This document shows positions 46,362-56,648 of a stretch of 64,000 bases of DNA, piece after piece. The translations under genes and the position numbers were made by a program. The notes below the pieces were generated by a model. It was not told the DNA's origin. It searched no databases and saw only the letters and a list, made by a program, of their open reading frames with translations. Where the stretch lies: positions 248,001-312,000 of the forward strand of contig CDROCS010000122.1 of NCBI GenBank assembly GCA_977020255.1, written 5' to 3'. Position 1 is the first letter of the stretch. Each line of letters opens with the position of its first letter. This stretch comes from Obrimoposthia wandeli (Eukaryota).

Positions 46362-47825
46362 TTAAGCCATGCGGTAATTTGGTGCTTCTTTAGTAATTGT
46401 TACATCGTGCACGTGTGATTCTTTGATACCAGCACCAGAGATACGAACAAACTCAGTTTTAGTGCGTAAGTCATCAATCGTCGCTGAACCTGTAAGGCCC
46501 ATGCTTGAACGAAGTCCGCCCATTTGCTGATGTATGATTTCTTTAATGTGACCTTTGTAAGCAACGCGACCTTCGATTCCTTCTGGAACCAATTTGTCTG
46601 CTGCATTATCAGTCTGGAAATAACGGTCTGAAGAACCTTGAGACATCGCGCCAAGCGAACCCATACCACGGTAAGATTTGTAAGCACGACCTTGGTACAG
46701 TTCCACTTCACCCGGTGCTTCTTCAGTACCTGCGAACATTGAACCAACCATGACACATGATGCGCCAGCAGCAATTGCTTTACACATATCGCCAGAATAG
46801 CGAATACCGCCATCGGCAATAACAGGGATACCAAATTCAGAAGCAGCATCAACAGCATCAGAAATAGCGGTTAACTGAGGAACACCTACACCTGTCACAA
46901 TACGCGTTGTACAGATTGAACCAGGGCCGATGCCGACTTTAACAGCATCTACACCTGCATCGATAAGGGCACGAGCACCTGCAGCAGTTGCAACGTTACC
47001 ACCAATGATTTGTAGTTCAGGGAAAGCTTCACGGGTTTCACGAATACGTTGTAAAACGCCTTCAGAGTGACCGTGAGATGAATCGATAAGAAGAACATCA
47101 ACACCCGCTTCCGCTAATGCTTTAACGCGCTCTTCGTTACCAGCACCAGCGCCAACAGCAGCACCAACACGTAGACGACCACGTTCATCTTTACATGCGT
47201 TAGGTTTGCGTTCTGCTTTTTGGAAATCTTTTGCAGTGATCATGCCTTTCAGTTGGAAGTCATCATTAACCAGTAGCACTTTCTCTACACGGTATTCTTG
47301 CATGATAGCTTCAACGTCTTCACGAGAAGCACCTTCTTTTGCTGCCGCCAATTTTGTTTTTGGCGTCATCACATCTTCAACCTTCATAGAAAGGTCAGTG
47401 ACAAAACGTACATCACGGCCAGTGATAATACCAACGAGTTCGTTGTTATCAGACACTACCGGATAACCAGCAAAACCATTTTCAAGGGTAAGTGCTTTTA
47501 CATCTGCAATCGTTGCAGTTGGCTTCACTGTTACTGGTTCAGACACAACACCTGCTTCGAACTTTTTAACCATGCGAACTTGGTTCGCTTGTTGTTCGAT
47601 AGACATATTTTTGTGAATGAAGCCAATGCCACCTTCTTGAGCTAACGCGATCGCAAAACGACCTTCAGTTACTGTGTCCATTGCAGCAGAAACCATAGGA
47701 ATGTTTAGCGAAATCTTTTTCGTTAACTGGGTGCGCAGATCGGCAGTGTTAGGGAGAACCGTAGAGTGTGCTGGAACCAGCAAAACATCATCAAAAGTTA
47801 AAGCTTCTTGTTTGATACGTAACAT
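46362..47825 (-). CDS. guaB: IMP dehydrogenase
   Basis: [28 protein letters not shown] pair. Confidence 0.98.
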   Translation of the reverse strand: MLRIKQEALTFDDVLLVPAHSTVLPNTADLRTQLTKKISLNIPMVSAAMDTVTEGRFAIALAQEGGIGFIHKNMSIEQQANQVRMVKKFEAGVVSEPVTVKPTATIADVKALTLENGFAGYPVVSDNNELVGIITGRDVRFVTDLSMKVEDVMTPKTKLAAAKEGASREDVEAIMQEYRVEKVLLVNDDFQLKGMITAKDFQKAERKPNACKDERGRLRVGAAVGAGAGNEERVKALAEAGVDVLLIDSSHGHSEGVLQRIRETREAFPELQIIGGNVATAAGARALIDAGVDAVKVGIGPGSICTTRIVTGVGVPQLTAISDAVDAASEFGIPVIADGGIRYSGDMCKAIAAGASCVMVGSMFAGTEEAPGEVELYQGRAYKSYRGMGSLGAMSQGSSDRYFQTDNAADKLVPEGIEGRVAYKGHIKEIIHQQMGGLRSSMGLTGSATIDDLRTKTEFVRISGAGIKESHVHDVTITKEAPNYRMA

Positions 47826-47891
47826 TGCAATATCTCACACCGTGTTAGGGGTTAAAGGAGGATAAAATATTGCGAACAAATTATACGTATG

Positions 47892-47907
47892 AAGCAATCG
47901 TTTGGCT
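47892..47907. promoter_or_regulatory. Weak PurR-like operator upstream of guaB
   Basis: AAGCAATCGTTTGGCT. Confidence 0.45.
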
Positions 47908-48083
47908 ACTAAAAAATTAAAAAAAATAATTGACACTTTTATCTTGATACGTAATATATTTCGGTTAAGTTTCCGGTGTTGCGGTCAATCGTGTATACCC
48001 AAGATCTGTCTATCGATCTGCCTGTACACTTTCATTCTCTTCCTGCACACCACTTTGCCTTTCGACAGTAGGTATTTCACTTC

Positions 48084-49442
48084 GTGACTCTATTCACTCA
48101 GACGCAATCTAACGATCGTATATTTACCGTTTCAAGCCTTAATGCTGAAGTGCGTTTATTGCTTGAAAATGAAATGGGCATAGTGTGGCTCGTCGGTGAG
48201 CTATCCAATTTATCGATGCCTGTTTCGGGACATTGGTATTTCACCCTTAAAGATTCGCGTGCTCAAGTGAAATGTGCCATGTTTCGTGGCAACAATCGCC
48301 GCGTCACATTTAAGCCTGCCAACGGCACACAAGTTCTGGTAAAAGCACGTTTATCATTGTACGAACCGCGTGGCGATTATCAGCTCATTATCGAGAGCAT
48401 GCAGCCTGAAGGCGATGGTCGATTACAGCAGCAATTTGAACAACTTAAGATGTCGTTAGCGGCAGAAGGCTTATTCGCTCAAGCATTGAAAAAACCGCTA
48501 CCCGAACAGCCTAAAAGAGTCGGTATTATCACCTCTAAAACAGGGGCCGCGTTGCATGATATTTTAACTGTTTTGCACCGTCGTGATCCCAGCTTACCTG
48601 TCGTCATTTATCCCACGATGGTACAAGGTAATGGTTCTGCTATTTCGATTGCTCAAGCCATTGGTCGGGCGAATGCAAGACAAGAATGTGATGTGCTGAT
48701 CGTAGGCCGTGGGGGTGGTTCGCTAGAAGATTTATGGGCATTTAACGAAGAGATTGTCGCGCGTACAATTGCCGCCAGTCAAATCCCGATTGTGAGTGCT
48801 GTCGGTCATGAAGTAGATGTGACCATTGCCGATTTTGTGGCTGATATGCGTGCTCCTACTCCATCAGCTGCTGCTGAATTGGTTAGCCGTGATATCACCC
48901 ATCAAACACAAAAAATACAACAAAAAAGCCAACAACTTAAGAATGCTATTCGCAATTATCTATCTAAGCGTGAAGCGAAAACAGTTCAATTAACCCATCG
49001 CTTAGAGCGCCAACACCCTCAATTACGTCTTAATCAACAGCAACAGCATCTTGATGATATTTCTAGCCGTTTAGAGCTCGCGATGGGGCGATTACTATCG
49101 AGTCATCATCAACATGTAGAGCGTATAAACTACAAACTATCACTGCACTCACCAGTGCAAACGATTAAAGATAATCAAACTACATTAGACCAAAGAAAGC
49201 GACGTTTACTCGATGCGATGGATCACCGCTTATTAAATGCGAATCACAAGTTAGCACTGGCGGCTGAAAAATTAGAAACAGTAAGCCCATTAGCAACACT
49301 CAGTCGTGGCTATTCAATAACCCGAGACGCTAAAGGTAAAGTGGTTCGCCATATTGACCAAGTGAAACCCGGCGATAAATTAGTAACGAAAGTGACTGAT
49401 GGAGAAATACACTCAACAGTGAGTGAGTCACTTCTTTCTTAA
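48084..49442 (+). CDS. xseA: Exodeoxyribonuclease VII large subunit
   Basis: GTG start; [36 protein letters not shown]. Confidence 0.97.
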   Translation: MTLFTQTQSNDRIFTVSSLNAEVRLLLENEMGIVWLVGELSNLSMPVSGHWYFTLKDSRAQVKCAMFRGNNRRVTFKPANGTQVLVKARLSLYEPRGDYQLIIESMQPEGDGRLQQQFEQLKMSLAAEGLFAQALKKPLPEQPKRVGIITSKTGAALHDILTVLHRRDPSLPVVIYPTMVQGNGSAISIAQAIGRANARQECDVLIVGRGGGSLEDLWAFNEEIVARTIAASQIPIVSAVGHEVDVTIADFVADMRAPTPSAAAELVSRDITHQTQKIQQKSQQLKNAIRNYLSKREAKTVQLTHRLERQHPQLRLNQQQQHLDDISSRLELAMGRLLSSHHQHVERINYKLSLHSPVQTIKDNQTTLDQRKRRLLDAMDHRLLNANHKLALAAEKLETVSPLATLSRGYSITRDAKGKVVRHIDQVKPGDKLVTKVTDGEIHSTVSESLLS

Positions 49443-49472
49443 ATCAAGCTAGAGTAAATGTAAATGGGTGCG

Positions 49473-49599
49473 AGTTTTGTTGGGCTTTATGCGGTGTTAC
49501 TTATTTTCAACGTAGAACGACTAGGTCTATAAATAAGTGCCTTGCCTAGTGCCCAACAAATTCTCGCTGAAACGAGCATCTTGAGGTGACTTGGGTATA
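49473..49599. repeat. 127-bp dispersed repeat (ERIC/MITE-like, GGGTATA end), copy 1
   Basis: Nearly identical to 62457-62583; internal inverted repeat TTGTTGGGC..GCCCAACAA; ends GCATCTTGAGGTGACTTGGGTATA. Confidence 0.9.
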
Positions 49600-49633
49600 T
49601 ACACTCGGTTTTTACACGGTGAATAGATAATTA

Positions 49634-49858
49634 TTACACAGATTCAAAGCGTATTGTGATTCGCGATTTTGACTTTAATTCATTGCAAAAATTACAAAAA
49701 TAACTGGCTGAACCGCACGCTTGAAGCTTTTCCATTTCATGTTCACAGTCAGGGCAAAAAACATGCTTTTTGACTGTGTGTTGGCAAAAATCACAATAAT
49801 ACCCATCGTCTTTCCAGCTCAATTCGCTCTGACAATCGGGGCAAACATTATCACTCAT
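49634..49858 (-). CDS. yfgJ: Zinc-ribbon protein, YfgJ family
   Basis: CPDC..CDFC..CPDC..LQACG..YFCNFCNELKSK. Confidence 0.9.
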   Translation of the reverse strand: MSDNVCPDCQSELSWKDDGYYCDFCQHTVKKHVFCPDCEHEMEKLQACGSASYFCNFCNELKSKSRITIRFESV

Positions 49859-50102
49859 AACCTTCCCTTTCTTTCAAACCATCTTCCCACATGATGAGCG
49901 ATCATATAATCAAGCACAAACAAAATTATTGAGCCTAGATCAATCCTTTGATCCAACGCATAAATAGGCTTTATCTCGATCACGTTCGCATAAAAAACAA
50001 ATAAGAAAACCAGTCTATATAACCGGTTTCATTGTTCCGCTATTGTTTTTGTGTCCATTATACCAATAACATTCTGTTTAATGATCTAAAGGTAGGCTTG
50101 CT

Positions 50103-51539
50103 ATGTCGACAAACAAAATCAGCTCAGCGTTTCCTGATAACTTTTTATGGGGGGCTGCATCTGCCGCTTATCAAGTGGAAGGTGCCCATAACGCAGATGG
50201 AAAAGGTCCTTCCATTTGGGATAATTTCTCTCACCAACCAGGCACTACTTACGAAGGGACAAATGGCGACGTAGCAGCAGATCACTACCATAGATTTAAA
50301 GAAGATGTGGCATTAATGGCCGAGATGGGCATGCAAAGTTACCGGTTTTCAATCAGTTGGCCTCGCCTATTTCCCAACGGTCATGGAGCGATCAATAAAG
50401 CGGGGGTTAAATTTTATAGTGATTTAATTGATGAATTAATTATGCATGGCATTAAGCCCATGATCACCCTGTATCACTGGGATTTACCGCAAGCATTACA
50501 AGATATTGGTGGCTGGGAATCACGTGAAACCGTAGAAGCATTCGAACAGTATGCGGCGTTATGTTATCAAGAATTTGGTGATCGCGTTTCACTATGGTCG
50601 ACCTTCAACGAAGCATTAATTTTTATCGGTATGGGTTATTTTACAGGGGCTCACCCTCCAGGCTTAAGCGATCCTAAACGCGGTATTCAAGCTTGCCACC
50701 ATGTTTTTGTCGCGCATGCTAAAGCAGTAAAAACGTTCCGTGAATACCAACAGCAACAACGCGTACCACAAGACGGACAAATCGGCTTTGTTAATGTCAT
50801 GCAACCGCATGATCCCATCACAGACAAACCAGAAGATATTGCCGCATGTAAAATGGCGGATGATCTGCTAACACACTGGCTTTACGATCCTGTATTAAAA
50901 GGTGAGTACCCTGCGCACATTCTTAATATTACCCAGCTAACATGGGGGGTGCCTGTATTTTCACCTGGAGATGATGATTTACTTAAAAACAACATCTGTG
51001 ATTTCATTGGGGTGAATTACTACAAGCGAGAATGGATTGCAGCCAATCCAGATATTAGTAATACCAAAATAAATACAACAGGTAATAAGGGTTCCGGACA
51101 AGAGTTTGGTATTAAAGGTCTATTTAAGTTTGTTCATAATCCTCAATCTACCTATACCGATTGGGATTGGGAGATTTACCCTGAAGGCTTATCTGTTGGC
51201 ATGCTGCGATTAAAAGAGCGATACGGTGATATTCCGTTCTACATAACTGAAAATGGTTTAGGTGCAAAAGACCCGATCATTGATGGAGAAATCGTTGACC
51301 AACCTCGTATTGATTACCTATCAAGCCACATTGATGCTGCTGAATCGGCGATTAAGCAAGGGATTGATCTTCGTGGATACTACCCATGGTCTTTCATTGA
51401 CTTACTGAGTTGGTTAAACGGTTATCAAAAACAGTATGGTTTTGTATACGTCGATCGCGAGAATAATTTGCAGCGAAAACGTAAGAAGTCTTTTTTCTGG
51501 TATCAGGAAGTGATTGAATCAAATGGTGCTAAGCGTTAA
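50103..51539 (+). CDS. GH1 family (6-phospho-)beta-glucosidase, GmuD-like
   Basis: FLWGAASAAYQVEG, TFNE and ITENG catalytic motifs, WSFIDLLSWLNGY. Confidence 0.92.
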   Translation: MSTNKISSAFPDNFLWGAASAAYQVEGAHNADGKGPSIWDNFSHQPGTTYEGTNGDVAADHYHRFKEDVALMAEMGMQSYRFSISWPRLFPNGHGAINKAGVKFYSDLIDELIMHGIKPMITLYHWDLPQALQDIGGWESRETVEAFEQYAALCYQEFGDRVSLWSTFNEALIFIGMGYFTGAHPPGLSDPKRGIQACHHVFVAHAKAVKTFREYQQQQRVPQDGQIGFVNVMQPHDPITDKPEDIAACKMADDLLTHWLYDPVLKGEYPAHILNITQLTWGVPVFSPGDDDLLKNNICDFIGVNYYKREWIAANPDISNTKINTTGNKGSGQEFGIKGLFKFVHNPQSTYTDWDWEIYPEGLSVGMLRLKERYGDIPFYITENGLGAKDPIIDGEIVDQPRIDYLSSHIDAAESAIKQGIDLRGYYPWSFIDLLSWLNGYQKQYGFVYVDRENNLQRKRKKSFFWYQEVIESNGAKR

Positions 51540-51939
51540 CCGCCTTGATCAGGCGTAAGCCAGCAATTGCCCGACTTCGTTCGGGCGTTTCAAAAGCCAC
51601 GGCAAACGCCGTGTACCAAACAATTAATGCCTTAGATTATAAACCAAGCAGGCTTTACAGCTAATAGATAAGCAAGAGATCAGCACTATTGCTCCATTTT
51701 CAGGCAACGTGATCGTTCGTGAATCAGTTGATCATTTATGAAAAGGATTGTGATCAGCGATCTGGTGCTAAAAGAACATTTATGAATACACATCCCGAAA
51801 GCATAAGTTACATGTTCTGTATATGGACTTCACACAGAATAAAGCACTACTCAGTGGTCATTTAAGTGAAAGATCTAGATGTAAGTATATATAAGATCAA
51901 CTCTCATCTCTCGTTAATTGTCACTCTATTCATCCGCGT

Positions 51940-52503
51940 TTTTACGCTCAATAACAAATAAGGATTAAGTGTCGCGCCTTATATCAATGTAACCAGTGTC
52001 ACCATCAAGCTTCATTGATATCAGGCACTCTTTTTACCCATTCTAAACTGCCTTTAACTTTCTGCTTTATAGCCATTTATCTAATAACACAAGAAAAGAA
52101 TGGCAGCTCGGTGTCTCATACAACACGGCTCGGCGAGTGAAAAAAAGCTCATTTATGCCCTAAATCACTGGTTATATCTGATGGCCTTGCTTGTTTTCGT
52201 GGTGTTGAGGATGCAGAAAGTTTTCACCATTTAATAGTAACCGGCGGGGGTGCTGATTGTGTAGAGTTGCCGTATTTTAAATGGGTTAAAACAATGATCG
52301 GTAACGTAAAAAACGCAATACATGGAACATATCATTCAATCAACAAAAAGCACCTGCCGCGCTATCTGGCAGAGTTCTGTTTTAAGTTTAATAGGTGTTT
52401 TAATTTAGAGAAGATGCTTGAACAGTTAATATTTTCAAGTATTCAAACGGCACCGATGCCTCAACGTCTCCTCAAGTTAGCTGAGGCTCGATGGTAATCA
52501 AGT
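51940..52503 (+). mobile_element. IS1595-family transposase relic with internal deletion
   Basis: LYQCNQCHHQASLISGTLFTHSKLPL (Zn ribbon) and SDGLACF..WVKTMIGNVK..GTYH..KHLPRYLAEF..FNR..AEARW; catalytic core missing; GTAATCAAG end. Confidence 0.85.
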
Positions 52504-52851
52504 AAGACTATAGCCTTCACCGATATCATATATTAGCTTCATAATTCAACCTCAGACAATCATGCCTAAAATATATATAATGCACTGTTTAATAAGTGCT
52601 TTGGTGCATTTATCCGATTCAAATCAGAGTTCCAATTGATTACTAAAGACAAAAATCGCTTATTAATAACAAAGCAGTCAGTTAATTGCATTTATTGATA
52701 TACCTCGCAATATAAATAGTTTGCCATGTTTAATTGTAAATATTATTTTATTATTCTAGCCGAAAAATAAATGCTCAAATATTTGTTTCTAAATGACAAT
52801 TCACATTAATCATTAATTTAAAATAAACATAACAACAAAGAGTGAACGAAT

Positions 52852-53109
52852 ATGATCAATAAAATAGCTACCATAATCTCGCAAATTAAAAACAATTCTT
52901 CACTCGCCGAATCTATTACTTTAGATTGCCATCTTATCGAAGATGTCGGTTTAGATTCTCTTGATATCATTGATTTCTTATTAGAACTTGAAGCAACTTT
53001 TGAATTACAGTTTGATTTTGATGAACTTGATTTTTCTATCATGCAAAGCATGCGTTTATTGATTGAATTTATCCAAGAACAACAAGCACGCAGTATAGAA
53101 ACATGTTAA
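52852..53109 (+). CDS. Acyl carrier protein
   Basis: 85 aa, acidic, DVGLDSLDIIDF phosphopantetheine-Ser motif, LEATFEL. Confidence 0.9.
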   Translation: MINKIATIISQIKNNSSLAESITLDCHLIEDVGLDSLDIIDFLLELEATFELQFDFDELDFSIMQSMRLLIEFIQEQQARSIETC

Positions 53110-54374
53110 CTAGCACAGCATGGGCTTGCTTTAATGCCGAGCCTCTCTGGAATGACTCCCGTCTTGCATCTCTTCCCGCATTTGCTAACGAAGTTCAGGA
53201 TAGGCAAGTTCACTTTTTTGATGAAGTACAAGTACCGCATCATTCACAAGAAAGTGTTCTCTGTTTAATCGCTCCTGACCCAGCTTTAACGCGTTACCAT
53301 GAAAGCCTTGATCTCGACATTAAACGCCAGGCATTCTTTGCGGAATTTTCTGCTTGGCAGCAAGCAGGCGAACCTACTTGGCGTGACAGCGACAGCCTTC
53401 AGAATAGACTCTTGAATGCTATTAAAAACGGCCAGCAGGCACCTTTTGCTTGTGTCCCTAGCGCTTATGAAAATTCTTTTGATGCCTCTCACCTACCTAG
53501 CTACAACAACGTAGTCAAGGTCAATGATAAACGCTACGCAGTTGACTCATGTCAGCTGCTCAATATCAAAAATTATGGTACGAACCTCTCTTCCATAAAT
53601 TGCATCAACTCACTGAAAAAATTACAATTACCGATAATTTTAAAAGAGCCTTTTGGTGTTTCAGGTAAAGGTAGCCTCGTCATAAAACACACAACCGTTT
53701 TGAGCCGGATTTGCCAGCACTTTGAAAAACAAAGCTTAAAAGGTAAACAAATTGGCCTAGTGGTTGAACCTTTCCTTGATAAAGAATTGGACTTTTCAAG
53801 TCAGTGGGAAATAAAACAAGACGGGAATGTTTCATTACTGAATATCTCAGAGATCATCAATGATAAACTCAAGTTTTCAGGGGTTAAACCTGCGTCAAAA
53901 CGCCTTCTTGGATTATTAAACAATCATTCCTATATCGAACAAATGACAACCTTACTTGAAACCGTTTACAAAGATGGTTACTGGGGGCCGGTGTGCATTG
54001 ATTCGATGTCACTCAAAGATGGGTCTTTAGTTCCAGTTGTAGAGATCAATGCTAGAGAATCTATGGGGGCTATTGCTCAACGTTGGTTCGCTATATTCGG
54101 CACTCCAGAGTCCATTTTGTTTCATCAGTATTCCGTAAAGTACTCTCAACCTATTGATATTTCTGTTTTACTTGAACAATTAGAACAACGGGGTTGTTTA
54201 TACACTAAAAATCGATCTGCAGGTTATGTATTACTTAATAGCCGCTGCCTACAGATCCCTTCAGAACAACCTCAAATAGGCCGCCTGTACCTATTGCACA
54301 TTGGTAATAATGAAGTAGAAAGTAAAAAACGCCTTGAGCTTGTTTTATCGCAACAAGGATCATGCATTCTATGA
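53103..54374 (+). CDS. ATP-grasp ligase (Pgm1/BtrJ-like)
   Basis: ILKEPFGVSGKG, VVEPFL, DFSSQW, GYWGPVCIDSM, VVEINAR. Confidence 0.8.
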   Translation: MLTSTAWACFNAEPLWNDSRLASLPAFANEVQDRQVHFFDEVQVPHHSQESVLCLIAPDPALTRYHESLDLDIKRQAFFAEFSAWQQAGEPTWRDSDSLQNRLLNAIKNGQQAPFACVPSAYENSFDASHLPSYNNVVKVNDKRYAVDSCQLLNIKNYGTNLSSINCINSLKKLQLPIILKEPFGVSGKGSLVIKHTTVLSRICQHFEKQSLKGKQIGLVVEPFLDKELDFSSQWEIKQDGNVSLLNISEIINDKLKFSGVKPASKRLLGLLNNHSYIEQMTTLLETVYKDGYWGPVCIDSMSLKDGSLVPVVEINARESMGAIAQRWFAIFGTPESILFHQYSVKYSQPIDISVLLEQLEQRGCLYTKNRSAGYVLLNSRCLQIPSEQPQIGRLYLLHIGNNEVESKKRLELVLSQQGSCIL

Positions 54375-55441
54375 GTGCTTCAGTTGCGATCTTAACTTCC
54401 AGCAGTGGACTAGGCAGCTTTGTTCCGGCGGTCACTTTATCCAAATTATTGCAAAAACAAGGTTTCAAGGTGACCTTTCATGCTATTGAGCAATTGTATT
54501 CAGCCCAAGCTCTTGAGCGATTTTTAAGAACTCAAGCTCAATGTCAAAAAAACCTTCGTATCGCTATGCTTACCCAAAAATGGTTAGAACAAACCCCTCA
54601 ATCCATTAATGACGCTATTGATACAATCAAATTGGCAGCATTAGTCAGACAGTGGCAAAACAATAATACAAAAAAATTCATTCTCTTTAGTGGCTTTTGG
54701 ACTTCTTTATTAAATGAGGCCTCCTTACTCCCTGATACTGAGATAGAAGCGATGCACCTTGATGTCGGCCTGTCGTTATCTTGGAAAAATAGCCCCAAAT
54801 TAAAGATTAAACATAATTGGTTATTATCCTCATCCTCTTTGCAGCACTTAGTACCGCCTACACCTAACATCGTTTGGCAGCAGCGTTTACCTAGAGTTGC
54901 TTTGCATGGCGGGGGATGGGATATCGGTAATATTGACCAATATATCCCTCAGTTACGGCAGCATTTCACCTTATTGATTAACGACTCTTCTCTGCCTGAC
55001 CCTGCTCATACTGACCATCGATTAATCTCTGATCCAAGTTGGTTGCCGTGGCAGCAAGGTTGTACAAACAATGGGCAATTTCCACCTCAATATTTACGTG
55101 TTAATAACCACACCATTGAAGGAAAAAATGCAGCCGAATCTTTCTTCCAACAACAACTTTCCAACTGTTTGGCATTAGTAACAAAACCTGGAGGCGCGAG
55201 TTTAATCGACAGCTTCGCAACCTCGACACCACTGGTTCTTCTGCCGCCATTTGGTGACTACGAAAAAGAAAATGGGACAAGTTGGATAGAACAGGGATTT
55301 GCTCTCTCTTTTGAAGATTGGCAAGCACAAGGGTTTTCTCTGGATGCATTAGAGAAGTGTCATCATAAACTCTTACACGCTAGCACACACCGACAAGTTT
55401 ATGGAGAATGTTATGCAAACCAATACCTCACTAAAGCTTGA
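54371..55441 (+). CDS. GT-B fold glycosyltransferase-like protein
   Basis: ATGA overlap with the upstream stop; SSGLGSFVPA N-terminal loop, HGGGW, LVTKPGGASLIDS..PLVL..GDYEKEN donor-binding-like region. Confidence 0.65.
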   Translation: MSASVAILTSSSGLGSFVPAVTLSKLLQKQGFKVTFHAIEQLYSAQALERFLRTQAQCQKNLRIAMLTQKWLEQTPQSINDAIDTIKLAALVRQWQNNNTKKFILFSGFWTSLLNEASLLPDTEIEAMHLDVGLSLSWKNSPKLKIKHNWLLSSSSLQHLVPPTPNIVWQQRLPRVALHGGGWDIGNIDQYIPQLRQHFTLLINDSSLPDPAHTDHRLISDPSWLPWQQGCTNNGQFPPQYLRVNNHTIEGKNAAESFFQQQLSNCLALVTKPGGASLIDSFATSTPLVLLPPFGDYEKENGTSWIEQGFALSFEDWQAQGFSLDALEKCHHKLLHASTHRQVYGECYANQYLTKA

Positions 55442-56636
55442 TGAAAATGGTTTTTCACGCCTAAAAGAACGAGCAAAACAGATAGCGTCAACACGCCGTG
55501 GACTTCAACAACGCCCTGATTGGGCTGCAGATTTACCACAGCAAGTCGGTATAAAAATGAACAATCATTGTAACCTTCGTTGTAAGCATTGTTTTGAGTG
55601 GAATGAAGAGGGCTATCACCACCAGCTTGGTAATAGTGAACGTGGTAATGAAATTCCGCTTGCTATGGTAGAGAAATTACTCAAAGCCACAGAGTCAACC
55701 CAAGCCCCTTTCTATTTATGGGGCGGTGAACCTTTAATGTATAAAAACATGCAAGGTTTAATGGATCTGTTCGAGCAATATCCAAGATGGATAACCATTT
55801 GTACCAACGGCCTACTTATTGAAAAGCATTTAGAGCAGTTAATGAGGGTAGATCAACAGCTTGCCTTATTAGTGAGCCTCGACGGCCTAGAAGAAGATAA
55901 TGATGCTATTCGTGGAAAAGGCGTATTTAAGCGCGTTGAGGCCTCGATTAAGAAGATCCTAGCACTCAGGAAAGCGAACCAATTTTCTGGGAAAATCTCT
56001 CTTTGCTTAACCATCAACGATAGTACTGTTGGTAAGCTTTACGACTTTGTTCAGTATTTTTCGGATCTCGGTATTGATAGTGTTTACATGGTATTCCCTT
56101 GGTATATACCAAAAAATGTCGCTATGCAAATGAATGACTGGGTAAAGAAAGAGCTGCCATGGAAACAAGCTAAGCTTGATGCCTCGAATGTGAACACAAT
56201 AACAACTCACGCAGCTACACCAAGAAAAAAACCTGATAACGAATACAGCTGGCACGGTTATACCTACCACTTATCACCTGAAAACATTCCCGCTTTACTC
56301 GACGACATTGCAAGAATTGGTAAAGAAACTTGGAGATGCCGGGTACGCTTTCATCCAAACCTAGAACCTCATGAAGTGGAAGGTTTCGTTAAAGGCAGCA
56401 CCAAGCCTGCTGAAAATAAAACCTTTTGCACGGCCATCCGTAATCGTTTAGATGTTCTGCCAAATGGAGATGTCTCAAGTTGTAAGTTTTTCCCCGAGCT
56501 TGAAGTCGGCAATCTACAGCTTATTCCCCTTAAAGATATTTGGCATGGACGCGCCTACCAAGCGTTTCGTAAACAGCTCAATTGTGGACTGATGCCAGTA
56601 TGCTCTAAATGCACTCTGCTCTACAGTACAGGTTAA
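55413..56636 (+). CDS. Radical SAM enzyme 1 with twitch/SPASM-type C-terminus
   Basis: CNLRCKHC, WGGEP, TNG, SLDG; C-x17-C..CSKC; GGAG RBS before ATG 55413. Confidence 0.92.
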   Translation: MQTNTSLKLDENGFSRLKERAKQIASTRRGLQQRPDWAADLPQQVGIKMNNHCNLRCKHCFEWNEEGYHHQLGNSERGNEIPLAMVEKLLKATESTQAPFYLWGGEPLMYKNMQGLMDLFEQYPRWITICTNGLLIEKHLEQLMRVDQQLALLVSLDGLEEDNDAIRGKGVFKRVEASIKKILALRKANQFSGKISLCLTINDSTVGKLYDFVQYFSDLGIDSVYMVFPWYIPKNVAMQMNDWVKKELPWKQAKLDASNVNTITTHAATPRKKPDNEYSWHGYTYHLSPENIPALLDDIARIGKETWRCRVRFHPNLEPHEVEGFVKGSTKPAENKTFCTAIRNRLDVLPNGDVSSCKFFPELEVGNLQLIPLKDIWHGRAYQAFRKQLNCGLMPVCSKCTLLYSTG

Positions 56637-56648
56637 ATAGGAAATCTC

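Noticed and set aside
52267-52497. 76-aa ORF as a cluster gene
   Set aside because: It is the C-terminal fragment of the IS1595 transposase.
52504-52851. Possible RiPP precursor for the radical SAM enzymes (e.g. MPKIYIMHCL.., 25 aa; also 15- and 27-aa ORFs at 51.74-51.87 kb)
   Set aside because: No RBS, leader or core pattern; the enzymes lack RRE domains; the ACP suggests a thiotemplated pathway.
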